Part shown: piece by piece, positions 46,177 to 58,182 of the stretch
Numbering within the stretch: position 1 is the first letter of the stretch
Layout: every line of letters starts with the position of its first letter
From: Epithemia pelagica
Taxonomy: Eukaryota; Protista; Bacillariophyta
DNA: 64,000 bases
Assembly: GCA_946965045.2 (NCBI GenBank)
Contig: OX337240.1
Coordinates: 434,001 to 498,000, forward strand
Reading direction: 5' to 3'
The notes under the pieces: generated by a model
Databases searched by the model: none
Seen by the model: only the letters and a program-made list of their open reading frames with translations
Told to the model about the DNA's origin: nothing
Made by a program: the position numbers and the translations under genes

Positions 46177-47457
46177 TTAGGCGTGTTGCTGCTCGGTACA
46201 CTGCTTGGCAGTGGATTCTTGTGGTTGTTGCCACGACGACACTAAGGATTTCAAGACTCGGTTCGCAGCACTCACGGCTCCTTCCATGACACCGGGCGAG
46301 TGCCAATCGGTTTCCGACCCGGCAAATTCCAGCAGTCCATTCCATTCCAGTGTGGACAAGGCTCGCAACGGATGCGGATGGGGATGAATGGTCGTGGGCG
46401 CCGCATCTTCACTAATATATCGTTCCAATGGCCATCGTTGGACATGATAGTGGGTATAGGACAAGGCTTGTTGGGCCGCCTGTGGTTCTTGGAGGTGCGT
46501 CCAAACGTGCACCATTTGCGTGGCCACTTGTCGGGCCAAGACGGCATTGTCGTGGAGTGCATCATTGGCAGTGTTATTGCTGGGGAGCGTAAAAAAGGTC
46601 AAGGCCGACACGGATGAATCATCATTGTCGACGACGGTCGTACTACTGTCATAAACTTGAAAGGCGGGTGCCCCGGGCCCTCGTGGCAATCCCATATTGG
46701 AGGAATCGGACTTCCAAAATTTGTGGGCATAGACCAAGGCCACCTTGGTGACTCCGGCCATCCAGGTAGGGGAGGCCGCCCAAGCCCGTTGTTTGGCCAT
46801 TGAGACGGGAGGATCAAATTCCACATGCTTCTCGACGAGCTTGGGTGGGACACAAAAGACGACGCGACGAGCCCACACGAGGGATGGTTCGTCCTTGTCC
46901 TTGTCGTTGTTGGTGGTTTCCAATTGGATCAACCGTTGGCCGTCGTTGGTAGATTCCTTCACAAGCGTGCATTTCGTCACGGGCGTATTGAGAACAATGC
47001 GCGGTTCCTCGTCGTCATCATCCCTTGCTTGTTGTTGTTGTTCAATTTGCGCCCGCAAGGCATGCACCAGTTGAACCGCTCCTCCTTGAATCCGAGTCGA
47101 CGACGCATCGTCGGGTTGCACAAAGGTTGTGAGATTCAAGTCGTCGACCAACTTTCTCATGTGGGGTTGATGCGACGGCCAAATCCAGGCCCCGCCCATG
47201 TCAATGGCGTCCGTCGTCGACTTTGTATTCGTAGTGGGCAAAGGATTAGCCAATCGTCCTCCGAGGACGGACCGTGCTTCCAACAATTTCCATTCCAGGG
47301 CTGGTTGTGCTTGCTGTTGCAAGCCATGACCCAAGACCAAGCCACTCAATCCACCTCCCACCACAATGACATCCCAAATTTTGCGGGCTACAGTCGTTGT
47401 TGTTTCATGAGAGGAGGAGGGAGGCTTGGGGAGGGAAACCATTTTGATTGATACCAA
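46177..47457 (-). CDS. Flavin-containing amine oxidase (short monoamine-oxidase type)
   Basis: DVIVVGGGLSGL, LEARSVLGGRL, DMGGAWIWP, FAGSET and GVMEGAVSAANR. Confidence 0.88.
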   Translation of the reverse strand: MVSIKMVSLPKPPSSSHETTTTVARKIWDVIVVGGGLSGLVLGHGLQQQAQPALEWKLLEARSVLGGRLANPLPTTNTKSTTDAIDMGGAWIWPSHQPHMRKLVDDLNLTTFVQPDDASSTRIQGGAVQLVHALRAQIEQQQQARDDDDEEPRIVLNTPVTKCTLVKESTNDGQRLIQLETTNNDKDKDEPSLVWARRVVFCVPPKLVEKHVEFDPPVSMAKQRAWAASPTWMAGVTKVALVYAHKFWKSDSSNMGLPRGPGAPAFQVYDSSTTVVDNDDSSVSALTFFTLPSNNTANDALHDNAVLARQVATQMVHVWTHLQEPQAAQQALSYTHYHVQRWPLERYISEDAAPTTIHPHPHPLRALSTLEWNGLLEFAGSETDWHSPGVMEGAVSAANRVLKSLVSSWQQPQESTAKQCTEQQHA

Positions 47458-47897
47458 AAACGTTGGTCTCGAAGCAGTAGACAGAGAAACTGTGTGTGTG
47501 TTGGAGAGTTGGCCTTTGACAATTGTGGCAAAGTTGGTTTTATGAAGAAAGAGAAATCATGTCGTTTATGATAAGCTCGCTTGGCCTCTTCTGATACCGT
47601 CGAATCTCCACCATCAAATACCCTTTGACAACATGGTCTATCATCGATGCTGCTTGAGATCAAAAACGATATATGGAAGAATGACGTGTTGGTGGTGGCG
47701 TTGGACTGTACAGTTTCTGGTAGTGTCGACTTTGGTCTATTGTATGGGATCTTCGTCCGATCTCGCGCTCCAATGGTATTGTACACTTTGAAAAAATGAA
47801 TCCAAAGTTCTTCCGAGTTCGACCGCTGCGAGCGCCTCGAGCCTCGAGCACGTGGCTCGCGCGAGCGAAGTTCCCGCTCCAAGTATGACCAGACCCC

Positions 47898-50327
47898 TAC
47901 CCCCTAGCGGGAGGGTGAGTCCAGATCGACAGACAGACCAAGAGCATTCTGATACTCACCCCCAAGGCGCGATTCTCAGGGCCTGTGTCCAGGGAATGTG
48001 TTTTTGAGTTCTGAAATCGAGTTTCGAGTTTCGAGGTTGAGCCAATAGGTTATGGTCCCCTTGAAAACTCGAAAACACAACCTCGAATCCCCCAAATCTT
48101 GGCAATCCCCCAACGACCTTGCCAAGATTCTGAAATCGAGTTTCGAGTTTCGAGTTTTGCAAAGAGCCCCACGCGCTCCTACAAAACCCACCTTTCAGCC
48201 GCCGGGCTCTCTGTCTCTCATTTCGATCTCTCCGACAACAACAACGAGGCAATCTCTCTTGTCCATCATAGACAATAGTACTCCTAGCACAATGATTGAT
48301 GTGATATAAGTAGGAGCTTCTCTAGAAAATAAGCAAGTATTATTAACCTGTCGCTGCCATGGAAGTAATGGTCATAACCACTGTCAATGGTCAAAAGCAA
48401 ATAGTTCTCATCTCTCCATAGATGACATGGTTACGGAACAAAGCCCGCATCCTGCTCCATGGACGGGCTCTACAAATATTCTACCTTCTCCCGTTATGCA
48501 ATGTAATATTAGGAATTAGGAGTACTCAAGCGACATTTGTTTGTCGTCATTGTCAATTGCCGTTGTGCTCGTTCATGCGCCGGTAGGGGGGAAGCATGGG
48601 AGTGCACGAGTATTGAAAAATAAAACTCGAAACTCGAAACTCGAAAATACAGTTTTTACCTGGACACGTACATCCAGATCGTTGTTTCAAGGTAGTGACA
48701 GAGCCCCACCTCAAAACTCGAAACTCGATTTCAGACCTCGAAAACACATTCCCTGGACACAGGGCCTCAAAATCGGCGATCTTTCGACTTTGACACAAAC
48801 TCACAACCACCACAAGGCAATCACTACGAGACCCATCTTGTTGTGGTTGTAACAACACCCATGGCCCCTCCCAATCAGATCCGCTTTGTTCCTGCTGTCT
48901 CTAACCACCCAAGGAACACTCCTGGCCGTGAAATGGCATGTGTAGACCCTTTGATCGCTCCAAGTGCTCAGTACCACTACGGTGCAAACCCAAACAACAA
49001 CAATCAAACAGATAACCCTTTGTCTGAACGTGTTATGGATCCCTTTGCCTCTTTACAAGTACCTCCCACGATCAATTACCCCTCCCCTATATACCTGGTG
49101 ACTCTCAGTGTTGTTGCACGACTCTCCGAATCCACTATTTATGGATTTGTGCTGTGAGAGACGAAATCAGGAGGTGGGCTCTCATGGCCGTGCCATATTG
49201 GTGAAAGCAGCCAACTAAATTTGTTGGCATTTCTTGTTATGATAAATGCTCTTTTTCAGGATTCAGCAGCTATCAACGACTAATCTACATCCATTCAATG
49301 GAATCCAATTGTTTTGAGAAAGCATAATCCACAAGTGAACGAGAACACCAGAAAATAGCAATGTGTTGAATCAGGCGGTGGGTAGTGTCATGTATGGACA
49401 GTGATTGGTTGTGTGAGGTGCTATGTTTGATGATTGGTTGGGTTTGGTGCTAGTGACAGGTTCGCCACCTGGTTTTGCCGTGATAGAATTCTTGATTTAG
49501 TTGTCTTGTTGCCATTGTTGTTTGGGTTGTCACTGTTTGGACAGCTTTGTTTTTAACGATAGCACTGACAGCTGGAAAATGTGACAATGGCTTGCACAAT
49601 GTTGGCAAAACAACATAGTAAATGAAAGGAGGATTCTGGCTGGACTGGCACAAGCGCGTTTCTTTCCTCTTGTTCGAAAACAACGACCATGGTGACAATA
49701 GACGACATTATCTCGCACAATGCTGCCAAGGATTTGTTGCAAGTCTTGCAGACAGATGCGGCCAACAAGGAAGCAACACAATTGCTTAAAATGGTACGAG
49801 CTCAATACCACAATGATTTGGAGCATACCACCATGGAAATGGGACACAAGAACGTTTCTCTTCCGTTGTCTGAGGTGGTGGAAGTGTGCTTGGAATCGTC
49901 GTTGTTGTCATCGTCATCATCATTGTCCAACGCGGGAAAATGATTCACTTGACCATTCAATGATCTTCGCAAGCGGTCAGGCATCCAGCTTGTTGTCGAT
50001 CCTACTTGATCTTGTACAACAAACCAAGCAGTGTTGCAACGGTTGTTGTTGGTGGCTTCAATACTGCTTGGTATGCCGCTTCCGCACGGTGATACGCCTC
50101 TCACCTCATACAGGGGACCGACGGTGTCGCTTGTGGGACGGAGAAGACTTGGTGGACGACATGGTATAGTGTTGCACCTCCACCCACCGTGGTGGATGCA
50201 GTGAATGTGTGAGATGAAATTTTGGGTTTGTGTCAAAGTCGAGTGAGCGCGATGGCGCCTTGGGGGTGAGTATCAGAATTCACAAACCCTCATTCACGAC
50301 CAGGACTCACCCTTCCGCTAGGGGGTA
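47898..50327. mobile_element. Second member of the long-TIR family (MULE-like), non-autonomous, 9-bp TSD
   Basis: Starts TACCCCCTAGCGGGAGGGTGAG and ends CTCACCCTTCCGCTAGGGGGTA; inner block ATTCTGATACTCACCCCCAAGGCGC at both ends; TSD CCAGACCCC at 47889-47897 and 50328-50336. Confidence 0.88.
47979..48766. mobile_element. PIF/Harbinger-like MITE nested in the long-TIR element
   Basis: About 60-bp TIRs starting GG(G/C)CCTGTGTCCAGGGAATGTG; subterminal TTTCGAG repeats in inverted orientation; 3-bp TSD TCA (47976-47978 and 48767-48769). Confidence 0.82.
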
Positions 50328-50655
50328 CCAGACCCCAAGCCCCAAAGTTTCGTTGCACAAAAAAAGAGAAAAGACCCCAGCAAAAGATCTCGCCACTCGC
50401 CACCACCTGGTCTCACTCTCACCAGGGACACCCGGCATTTTGGTTCCCCCAGGATGACTTTACCTAAACTCCTTTTGGGTAGCTAGGGCTGATCGCTAAT
50501 CTTGCGAGGGCTAGCTATTTTATTTTATGCACAATAGGGTTCGGGTCAAAGACACGTGTTCAAGACCAAACGAATTGTTAATTAGTTGTTTTTTGTGTCA
50601 CATCTGAGTCTTGTATTACGACGATCGCTAAAGCTTTCTCGTTTTGAGTCGTGTT

Positions 50656-50809
50656 GGTTTCGGGTTGGTCCCGTTTTTAACGTCTGGTTTCGAGTTGGTG
50701 TCCACTGGTTTCGAGTTGGTGTCCACTGGTTTCGGGTTGGTGTCCACTGGTTTCGAGTTGGTTTCCAAGTTGGTTTCGAGTTGGTTTCGAGTTGGTTTCG
50801 ACCCCTCTA
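50656..50809. repeat. GGTTTCGAGTT(GGTGTCCACT) array ending in a hAT-like terminus
   Basis: 11- and 21-bp units. It ends CGACCCCTCTA (reverse complement TAGAGGGGTCG, a TAGAG start like the hAT MITE at 60121). No partner end with matching TSD was found. Confidence 0.6.
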
Positions 50810-51061
50810 CAAACTGCGAACGCAATAATCAACCATGTCGCGCAACAGACGGATCGTTTTGACCCAACAACTATGGAAACAACAACAACGAGGAAGCAAC
50901 AAACAACGACCTCCCGAACAACAACAACAAGCACCATGGATGCAACAAGGTGATACGCATGTCTCGGCTATGGCCTTCTCGTCTTCCTACCCTCCTACTG
51001 CTGGTCCTATCGAACGACAGTGAACGGGAAATCGAATCGCGGCAATCAGACGGCGACAACG

Positions 51062-51301
<240 letters not shown>

Positions 51302-51629
51302 TACGCAACAATCAATCGATAGCCTTGACGAGGGTGGTGGTGTATAGGGTTGAATCTCGACGGACAATCCTCGTCGAATGGGTCGATGGGAGGAGGCGGA
51401 TGGTCTCTGCTAGGTTCTCTTGTTTCACTTGCTCGACAATCTGATCGAGACGTTTCACGGCACCCATGGCTTTGGCTACGGTATCGGCTGTGAGTATTCG
51501 AGCGTCGTTGTTGTCGTTTTGTGCCCGAAAGCACGTTTGGACAAACTCCATGGCATCGGCCACCGTCACATTGTCCGAACCGGAAGTTTGAAACCTCATC
51601 CCAGTCCGTACAAGAGGACAGGACATGGG

Positions 51630-52607
51630 AGGGAAGAATGGTGGTTTTGGATGGAGGAAGTGTCAAGGAAGCAGTAGTGGTGATGGCGACGACGTAGCGA
51701 CGACAAGGACTGTTGCAGCAACGACAACAACAGCAAGTGACTAGCGGCGACAACGACAACGACAGCAAGCGGCGACAACGGAACGACTGGACAGAAAATG
51801 GCTGTGCCCCAACAGCCCCAATGCGACAATCAACTACTGGCTACCACCAAACGAACAACAACAACTACAGCACTCGGAGACAACAACGACAACAGTCTGA
51901 TGCTGCGACAACACCAAACGCAACAACACCTTACTCAACAATCAACTCCCAGGGAAGAATGGTGGTTTTGGATGTAGGAAGCAGTAGTGGTGATGGAGAC
52001 GACGTTGCGACGACAAGGACTGTCGCAGCAACGACAACAACAGCAAGCGACTAGCGGCGACAACGACAAACCCAACGACGACAACGACAGCAAGTGGCGA
52101 CAATGACTAGCGGCGACAAGGACAACGACTGGACGGAAAATGGCTGTGCCCCAACAGCCCCAATGCGACAATCAACTACTGGCTACCGCCAAACGAACAA
52201 CAACAACTACCAACAACGACAACAGTCTGATGCTGCGACAACACCAAACGCAACAACACCTTACTCAACAATCAACTCCCAGGGAAGAATGGGGTTTTGG
52301 ATGTAGGAAGCAGTAGTGGTGATGGAGACGACGTTGCGACGACAAGGACTGTCGCAGCAACGACAACAACAGCAAGCGACTAGCGGCGACAACGACAAAC
52401 CCAACGACGACAACGACAGCAAGCGGCGACAATGACTAGCGGCGACAAGGACAACAACTGGACGGAAAATGGCTGTGTCCCAACAGCCCCAATGCGACAA
52501 TCAACTACTGGCTACCACCAAACGAACAACAACTACAGCACTCGTAGAAAACAACGACAACAATCTGACACCAAACGCAACAACACCTTACTCAACAATC
52601 AACTCCC
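51630..52607. repeat. Three tandem copies of a ~325-bp unit
   Basis: Units start AGGGAAGAATGG at 51630, 51951 and 52281; each contains GAAAATGGCTGTG(C/T)CCCAACAGCCCCAATGCGACAATCAACTACTGGCTAC and ends CAACAATCAACTCCC. Confidence 0.93.
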
Positions 52608-52967
52608 CCGTTGGAACCTTTGTCGCTGGGTGCAATGTCAACGAGAGCCCCTTTGAAACCTTGATGGACGGTGAAACAACAACCAACGAAGACAAATGGA
52701 TCGATGCAGGATGGTGAAGATGAACGAAACGATTGCCTACGACCTACGGCATATACAAGCATGTACAAAGCTAGGTAGATGTTCTATAATAGTAGCTGTT
52801 CATATTCAAAGAGGTTGATTGTTGTGCTAGCGATGGTGTGGTTGGAGGTGGAGCTCGTATGTAGGTTTCGAGTTGGTTTCGAGTTGGTTTCGAGTTGGTG
52901 TCCACTTGTTTCCACTTGTTTCGAGTTGGTGTCCAGTGGTTTCGAGTTGGTGTCCAGTGGTTTCGAC

Positions 52968-53180
52968 TGTTGAAACCTGTAACGAACCGTGCTGTAAAGG
53001 CAACAATTCCTATAACAAATTACGTATTCTCCTTAGAATGAGCACTGTTGTTTGTTTCGTTGCTCTCCTGTCCACGTCGTTTCACCTCAGTCCATTCGTC
53101 ATCATTTGCAGATGGATCTTCGCCTTGCTCAGTCGCTGTTTTCGTTTGTTCTGCGACTCCTCGCGGGACTTCCTTCAACA
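52968..53180 (-). repeat. 3' LTR of copia B
   Basis: Identical to 58905-59117 on base-by-base comparison. Confidence 0.97.
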
Positions 53181-56100
53181 CACTCCTTCGTGACGAATGG
53201 TATTCACTATGAGGAGCGATATTCATAATGAGGTCCCGCAGTTGATAGAACAAGCGACCCTGCAGCGGCTTGGTAAAAAAATCTGCAATCATTTGTTCAG
53301 TTGGGCAAAATTCAACCCGCAACTCTTTCTTGTTGATTCGATCGGTAACAAAGAAATAGCGGACATCAATATGTTTGGTTCTTTTCGAGCTTGAGAGACG
53401 CCCATTTTTGGCTAGGAGGATGCTGCTTTGGTTGTCCTGGTGGAGTACAACATCCTTCACAGCAATCCCCTGCGCTTCCATGAAATTGCGGGTCCATAAC
53501 AGTGATGGCATCACATCATGGATCCCTATCAGTTCACATTCGGTGGAGCTTCGTGCCACCAGTTTTTGTTTTGCCGAAAAGCCGATGACAGCTCCTTTAC
53601 CGAGAGTCATGAACCCACCGGTATGACCCTTTGTGTTGGGATGGACTGCGTATGACGCGTCCACCCACCATTTCACTATCCACTCGGGTTTTCCTTCAAG
53701 ACGCAAGACAAGGTTCATTGTGGTTTGTAGATATTTCAGAACGCGGCCCAATTTCCTGTTATCATCTTCGTCTGGTTTAGAGACTCGCGTGGAAAGGAAG
53801 GATATTGCTGTTCGGATGTCCGGCCTCCCACGGTGAGCCAAGTATGCCAATTGCATAGTGATACTATGAAACCGATCCGCATCATTCTCGCTCAATTTTG
53901 TTGCATGCTCATTGACATGGTACAGATGATTCGCTGCTGGTGTTTGTGCTCTGCCTTTGAATGACGAAGGCATGCCGTCAAGGATGGTCTTGATATACGG
54001 GCGCATGTCTACTTGCAATACTCCATCCTCTGAATAATCGAGGAACATGCCCAGGTAGTCGTGTCGCTTGCCTCGCGACACTGAGATATCACCCAAACTA
54101 CCAAACTCTGCCTGTAGGTCCGCCACAAATGCTTCGACGACTTTCTGATCAACATGTGAGATCTTGAGGTCGTCGATGTGCCATGTTACTGTGCATTGTT
54201 TGCCATTGATAACCTTGTTGGCAACGCATGAATCATATGGGTTGATAGTGTACCCCCAACTTTTTAGAACGCCGCTCAATTTGATCCAAAACAATCGGGC
54301 AGCTCGTAGTGTCCCGTAGAGTGCCTTGAGCATCTCTACGTAGATCACTGGTTTGTTGTGTTCATACACTAGGTATTTTGTGTACATATCTGGGTCGACT
54401 TCCAACAGCAATTCTGCCATGAGTCCCTCAATCCTCATGTGCACGTTAGGGTCCATATCCGAGTGCATGAATGCACCCGGAATGTCCGCTACGATCACAT
54501 GTCTACGTTCCACTGCATCCACAACCGCTGTGATGAAAACAGCCTCGGTGGCCACGGTTGGCGATGCGGCGTCTTCTTTGTCGATGAAATCACGTTGCTT
54601 TCGCCCATCGGCGCACCCGCGCCCCTTGATTTTCCCACAACGTTTTTGTTTTAGAAACATCAGATAATTCAGTGCTTTTTTGATTTGTTCCCATGAGAGG
54701 TCCGTCTTGTGTACCCCTCGCAGAACGCCGCGCTCGTGAAGCTGCCTAATCTCTTTTTTCACTGCTTCCCGCCCCTTGTCACCAAATAGTTTGATGCCCA
54801 TACGCATTGACATTTGGGGTGTGGCCAAGTTTGTTTCGGCCTCAATGAGATAGAGCACTCCGCGCAGCAAATATCCATCGTACCGTCCTGCTGGTAGTGT
54901 ATCGACTGATGCAAAGGTGTGCCCATACCTATGTGCATAGCTTCGCTCTCTATTTGGCCGTAGATCGTATCGATTTTCGTTGGTTGTTGTTGTTGTTGCT
55001 GTTGTCGATGAGCTTGATTCATCACTAGCATCAGGACCAAACACGATCTCCATTTCCTCATCGTCATTCTCGTGTGCGGTTGCATTTGATGCGTCATTCA
55101 GATCCTCCTCTGTTCCCATATCCACCTCGTCCAACATACCCCCGTCCTCTGCGACATGCTCTTCAACATAATCAGCATCGTCCTCCTCCTCCACATCAAC
55201 TCCATTGACGCCAACTTCGTTTATAACCACTCCTTGGTTTTCCACTCCTTGGTTTTCCACTCCTTGATTTCTCGGTGGGACAAGGATATCCATGAGTTGG
55301 TTTTCGTTTTGATTAAGTCCTAATTCGTAAAAAGGACCCGGTGGATTGTTCATATCATAGTGATTTGTGTCGTCCAATGGACCGTGGTTTGGGTCATCAT
55401 CAGCATCCAATTCGCCATCCACGTATGCGTCGTCATAGCGGAGGACATCATCGTCCTCGTCAGGAGGCTCATCATATACGCTTCCTTCGTCGTCGTATAA
55501 TGGATTGTCCTCTTCCATTGCCAGAATGCGATTGTCCCGATTACCAAATGCCAGCCCTGGCTGCATTTGTTGTGCAGCCGCTAACTGAGCGACACGCTGA
55601 ATGACTTCATTTGGCATAGGGAGGCGTGTTGCGTGGTTTCGTGTGATGATTCTTCCGCTCTCCAGACTCATAAAGTAGTAGCTACCTTGACGGTTGCCGG
55701 TCGGCCGCAAGGCCAGGGCACCAATTGTCCGCGCTTCCATATTGTTGGAGTGCTGTTCATGACATTGAACGTACTCCCCAAACTCGAAGCGACAATGGCG
55801 GTGATAGTCCACGGTTTCTCCGGTGACAAGTTCTCTTGGACTTCTTGTGGTTGACAGCTGGTTGTTCTGGTTGGGAAGTCCATTCAGCCAGAACGTCGCA
55901 AATTTCGCCAGTTCAATCAACATGACCTTTGGCAGGGCTTCGAATGGTAGAGTGGTATAGACACTCCGAATTCGTTCCTTGATCGTGCGAATGTGGCGCT
56001 CTATGTCACCGACATGCTCGTCTCGAGCTGTTGTATTAAGTTTTATTCCAAGCTCCCCTGTTCCCGCTTCCATGCTGTCACTCGCAAAGGCGCCGTCAGC

Positions 56101-58182
56101 TAGGAGAAACCGAGGGCGCAGACCCCCTCGTCGAAATACAGCGATGGTCTTCTTGATGGACCGAAGTAGGGTTCCTTCTTCTTTGTCTGCGATTGCGTCC
56201 ATGGTGGAGAATCGAAATACGCGAGATGTTGTGGCGAGAAAAGACACATCATTGATATGCATTACGTCCATGGCAATGGTGACGTCTTTATGTTTTTCTT
56301 GAATGGGTGGTGGTATTGTGTCCGTTGTGTCCACCTTGGGTGGTCGTCTCCTGGTAGTCTTCCCTTTCAGGGAACCGAGGTCTTGTCCATAGATATGCTC
56401 TGCCCGCCTCACATCATCACTTGTATAAGGGGCGTTGGGTAGGAGCTTATGATTCAGAATATAGATAAGGTCTCTAGTTGACGGTCGGCCAATTTTGGCT
56501 TGTAGTGCCCGTACCTCTCTAGCTCTACGAATCTCAGATTCAGTATAAAGCGCTTCGTTGTTATTAACCGTGGTTAAGAAGCTACCATGTATCGAAGAGA
56601 GATTCATATAGAAGAGGCCTTCAGGACTTTGCACAAACTTGTGCTTCAAGCGCCCCGTGGCTGGGTCAAGTAGTTGAAATTGGTTGCCTTCATGGCTGTC
56701 GTAGGTAATGCGGTATCTGTTTTGAGCGGTGTGGAAAGATAAAATGTTGGCAGGCCCTTTTGGGTCATACCATACTAAGCCATATCCTGGCAATATTGCT
56801 TGTTGGTTCAGGATGCGTTCTCCGGCATGGCTGCTGATGGTGATTGGTGTCGTTGCTTGATGGATGTTGTGTAGAATGCTTGCATTGTGGATGATATCCA
56901 CTGTGGATTGATTGTCGAGCAGAATCCAGTCAGGGGATATGTTAGACTGTAAGGCAGAAAAAGAACAATGTTGAGAAGATGCGTTTTGGTTCAACATGGA
57001 TTGGTGGTAAACTGTACCGTTTGAGTTGTCTCTGTTTCTATTGGTGGAGTCGGTTCCCTGAGCTGACTGTCGCCCACTTTGCGATTGACTCTGACCCGTA
57101 GTGGTCATTGTGGATCCTGTTAACGTGGATGCATCGTCGCCTTGCGTACTGGCGTTCTCGCGCGTGTGATAGGCCACACCTGTGGCGTTGTTCTCGTTGC
57201 TTTGTGTCTGGTGGCGACTATGCGTCTGCATTCTGTTATCTATGATGGCACGCGCATCGGCCAGTGTCTTTGGGTAACAGTTGCGTTTGTCCATGTCCAA
57301 GTAAGCGTTTTGTAGATGCGATTCATACTCGCGAGCGCCACATGTTCTGATAAAACGGATGGCCAGACACCTCTGTTGAGCTTCTTCTTCGTCAGCCGTT
57401 GTTGGTGACCCAGCGCGACCATTGTCAGCCGCTACTTGCTCCAGTAGATCCTTGTCGTATAACACCACGTCCAGTTCCTCCAGGACTTGCGCTTTTGCGC
57501 GAAACAACTCGTAGTAGTTGTGCAAACTTTGGTTTTTACCCCTGCGCATCGTGTAGAACTCTTCCTTGAGCTTGTCACGACCGACGAGAGGATAAATGCG
57601 CCCGGAATCGTAGGTAAAAGTAGTTTGTTTGATCAATTTCAACAACGCTATACCGTCGCGCTTCTTCCGAATGTCATCATATTGCGTCTTCGCCTGTAGT
57701 TTGTCTTTCATCAACTGGGTACACTGCCCCAGGATGAGACTAAACATGGCGGCGCGAAAATTCTGATACTCCATCACCTGCTCAGCTCGCATTTTATACT
57801 TCATCTTCCACTCTTCTACGGCAAGGGTGTCTTTGTCATCTTTCGGCATTTCTACCTGGTCGGGTTCATCCAGTGACAATTCCTCCACTGACTGTTGGAA
57901 CTCCAGATTATATCGGTTGAATGTTGAGCCAATGTAACCGACCAGATACTCTACATTGCGCAAATACCGTTTGGACTGCGGGTCTTCGGAGTAGTCGAAG
58001 ATGCAGTCTTTTAATGTAGGTTCCTGTCCTTGAAACTTGTTTGAGTTTCCTTGTTGTCCTCTGCCTCCACGTCCTCGACCACGACCACCACGTCCTGGTC
58101 CGCTTCTTCCTCCGCGTCCGGTCATGCCGCCGCTTGACGACTCAGCTTGATCGGGCCGTGGTCCTTGCGGGGGTGTACTCAT
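53020..58182 (-). CDS. Gag-Pol polyprotein of copia B (1720 aa, intact)
   Basis: RGG N-terminus; WILLDNQST; AMDVMHI..LADGAF..IERHIRTIKE; ADGRKQR, ADIPGAF, WHIDD; WWVDASY, HQDNQS, ADFFTKP. Confidence 0.97.
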   Translation of the reverse strand: MSTPPQGPRPDQAESSSGGMTGRGGRSGPGRGGRGRGRGGRGQQGNSNKFQGQEPTLKDCIFDYSEDPQSKRYLRNVEYLVGYIGSTFNRYNLEFQQSVEELSLDEPDQVEMPKDDKDTLAVEEWKMKYKMRAEQVMEYQNFRAAMFSLILGQCTQLMKDKLQAKTQYDDIRKKRDGIALLKLIKQTTFTYDSGRIYPLVGRDKLKEEFYTMRRGKNQSLHNYYELFRAKAQVLEELDVVLYDKDLLEQVAADNGRAGSPTTADEEEAQQRCLAIRFIRTCGAREYESHLQNAYLDMDKRNCYPKTLADARAIIDNRMQTHSRHQTQSNENNATGVAYHTRENASTQGDDASTLTGSTMTTTGQSQSQSGRQSAQGTDSTNRNRDNSNGTVYHQSMLNQNASSQHCSFSALQSNISPDWILLDNQSTVDIIHNASILHNIHQATTPITISSHAGERILNQQAILPGYGLVWYDPKGPANILSFHTAQNRYRITYDSHEGNQFQLLDPATGRLKHKFVQSPEGLFYMNLSSIHGSFLTTVNNNEALYTESEIRRAREVRALQAKIGRPSTRDLIYILNHKLLPNAPYTSDDVRRAEHIYGQDLGSLKGKTTRRRPPKVDTTDTIPPPIQEKHKDVTIAMDVMHINDVSFLATTSRVFRFSTMDAIADKEEGTLLRSIKKTIAVFRRGGLRPRFLLADGAFASDSMEAGTGELGIKLNTTARDEHVGDIERHIRTIKERIRSVYTTLPFEALPKVMLIELAKFATFWLNGLPNQNNQLSTTRSPRELVTGETVDYHRHCRFEFGEYVQCHEQHSNNMEARTIGALALRPTGNRQGSYYFMSLESGRIITRNHATRLPMPNEVIQRVAQLAAAQQMQPGLAFGNRDNRILAMEEDNPLYDDEGSVYDEPPDEDDDVLRYDDAYVDGELDADDDPNHGPLDDTNHYDMNNPPGPFYELGLNQNENQLMDILVPPRNQGVENQGVENQGVVINEVGVNGVDVEEEDDADYVEEHVAEDGGMLDEVDMGTEEDLNDASNATAHENDDEEMEIVFGPDASDESSSSTTATTTTTNENRYDLRPNRERSYAHRYGHTFASVDTLPAGRYDGYLLRGVLYLIEAETNLATPQMSMRMGIKLFGDKGREAVKKEIRQLHERGVLRGVHKTDLSWEQIKKALNYLMFLKQKRCGKIKGRGCADGRKQRDFIDKEDAASPTVATEAVFITAVVDAVERRHVIVADIPGAFMHSDMDPNVHMRIEGLMAELLLEVDPDMYTKYLVYEHNKPVIYVEMLKALYGTLRAARLFWIKLSGVLKSWGYTINPYDSCVANKVINGKQCTVTWHIDDLKISHVDQKVVEAFVADLQAEFGSLGDISVSRGKRHDYLGMFLDYSEDGVLQVDMRPYIKTILDGMPSSFKGRAQTPAANHLYHVNEHATKLSENDADRFHSITMQLAYLAHRGRPDIRTAISFLSTRVSKPDEDDNRKLGRVLKYLQTTMNLVLRLEGKPEWIVKWWVDASYAVHPNTKGHTGGFMTLGKGAVIGFSAKQKLVARSSTECELIGIHDVMPSLLWTRNFMEAQGIAVKDVVLHQDNQSSILLAKNGRLSSSKRTKHIDVRYFFVTDRINKKELRVEFCPTEQMIADFFTKPLQGRLFYQLRDLIMNIAPHSEYHSSRRSVLKEVPRGVAEQTKTATEQGEDPSANDDEWTEVKRRGQESNETNNSAHSKENT

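Noticed and set aside
50535-50809. TAGGGTTCGGG at 50535 as the left end of a hAT element ending at 50809
   Set aside because: Poor TIR match, and the 8-bp flanks differ (ATGCACAA vs CAAACTGC).
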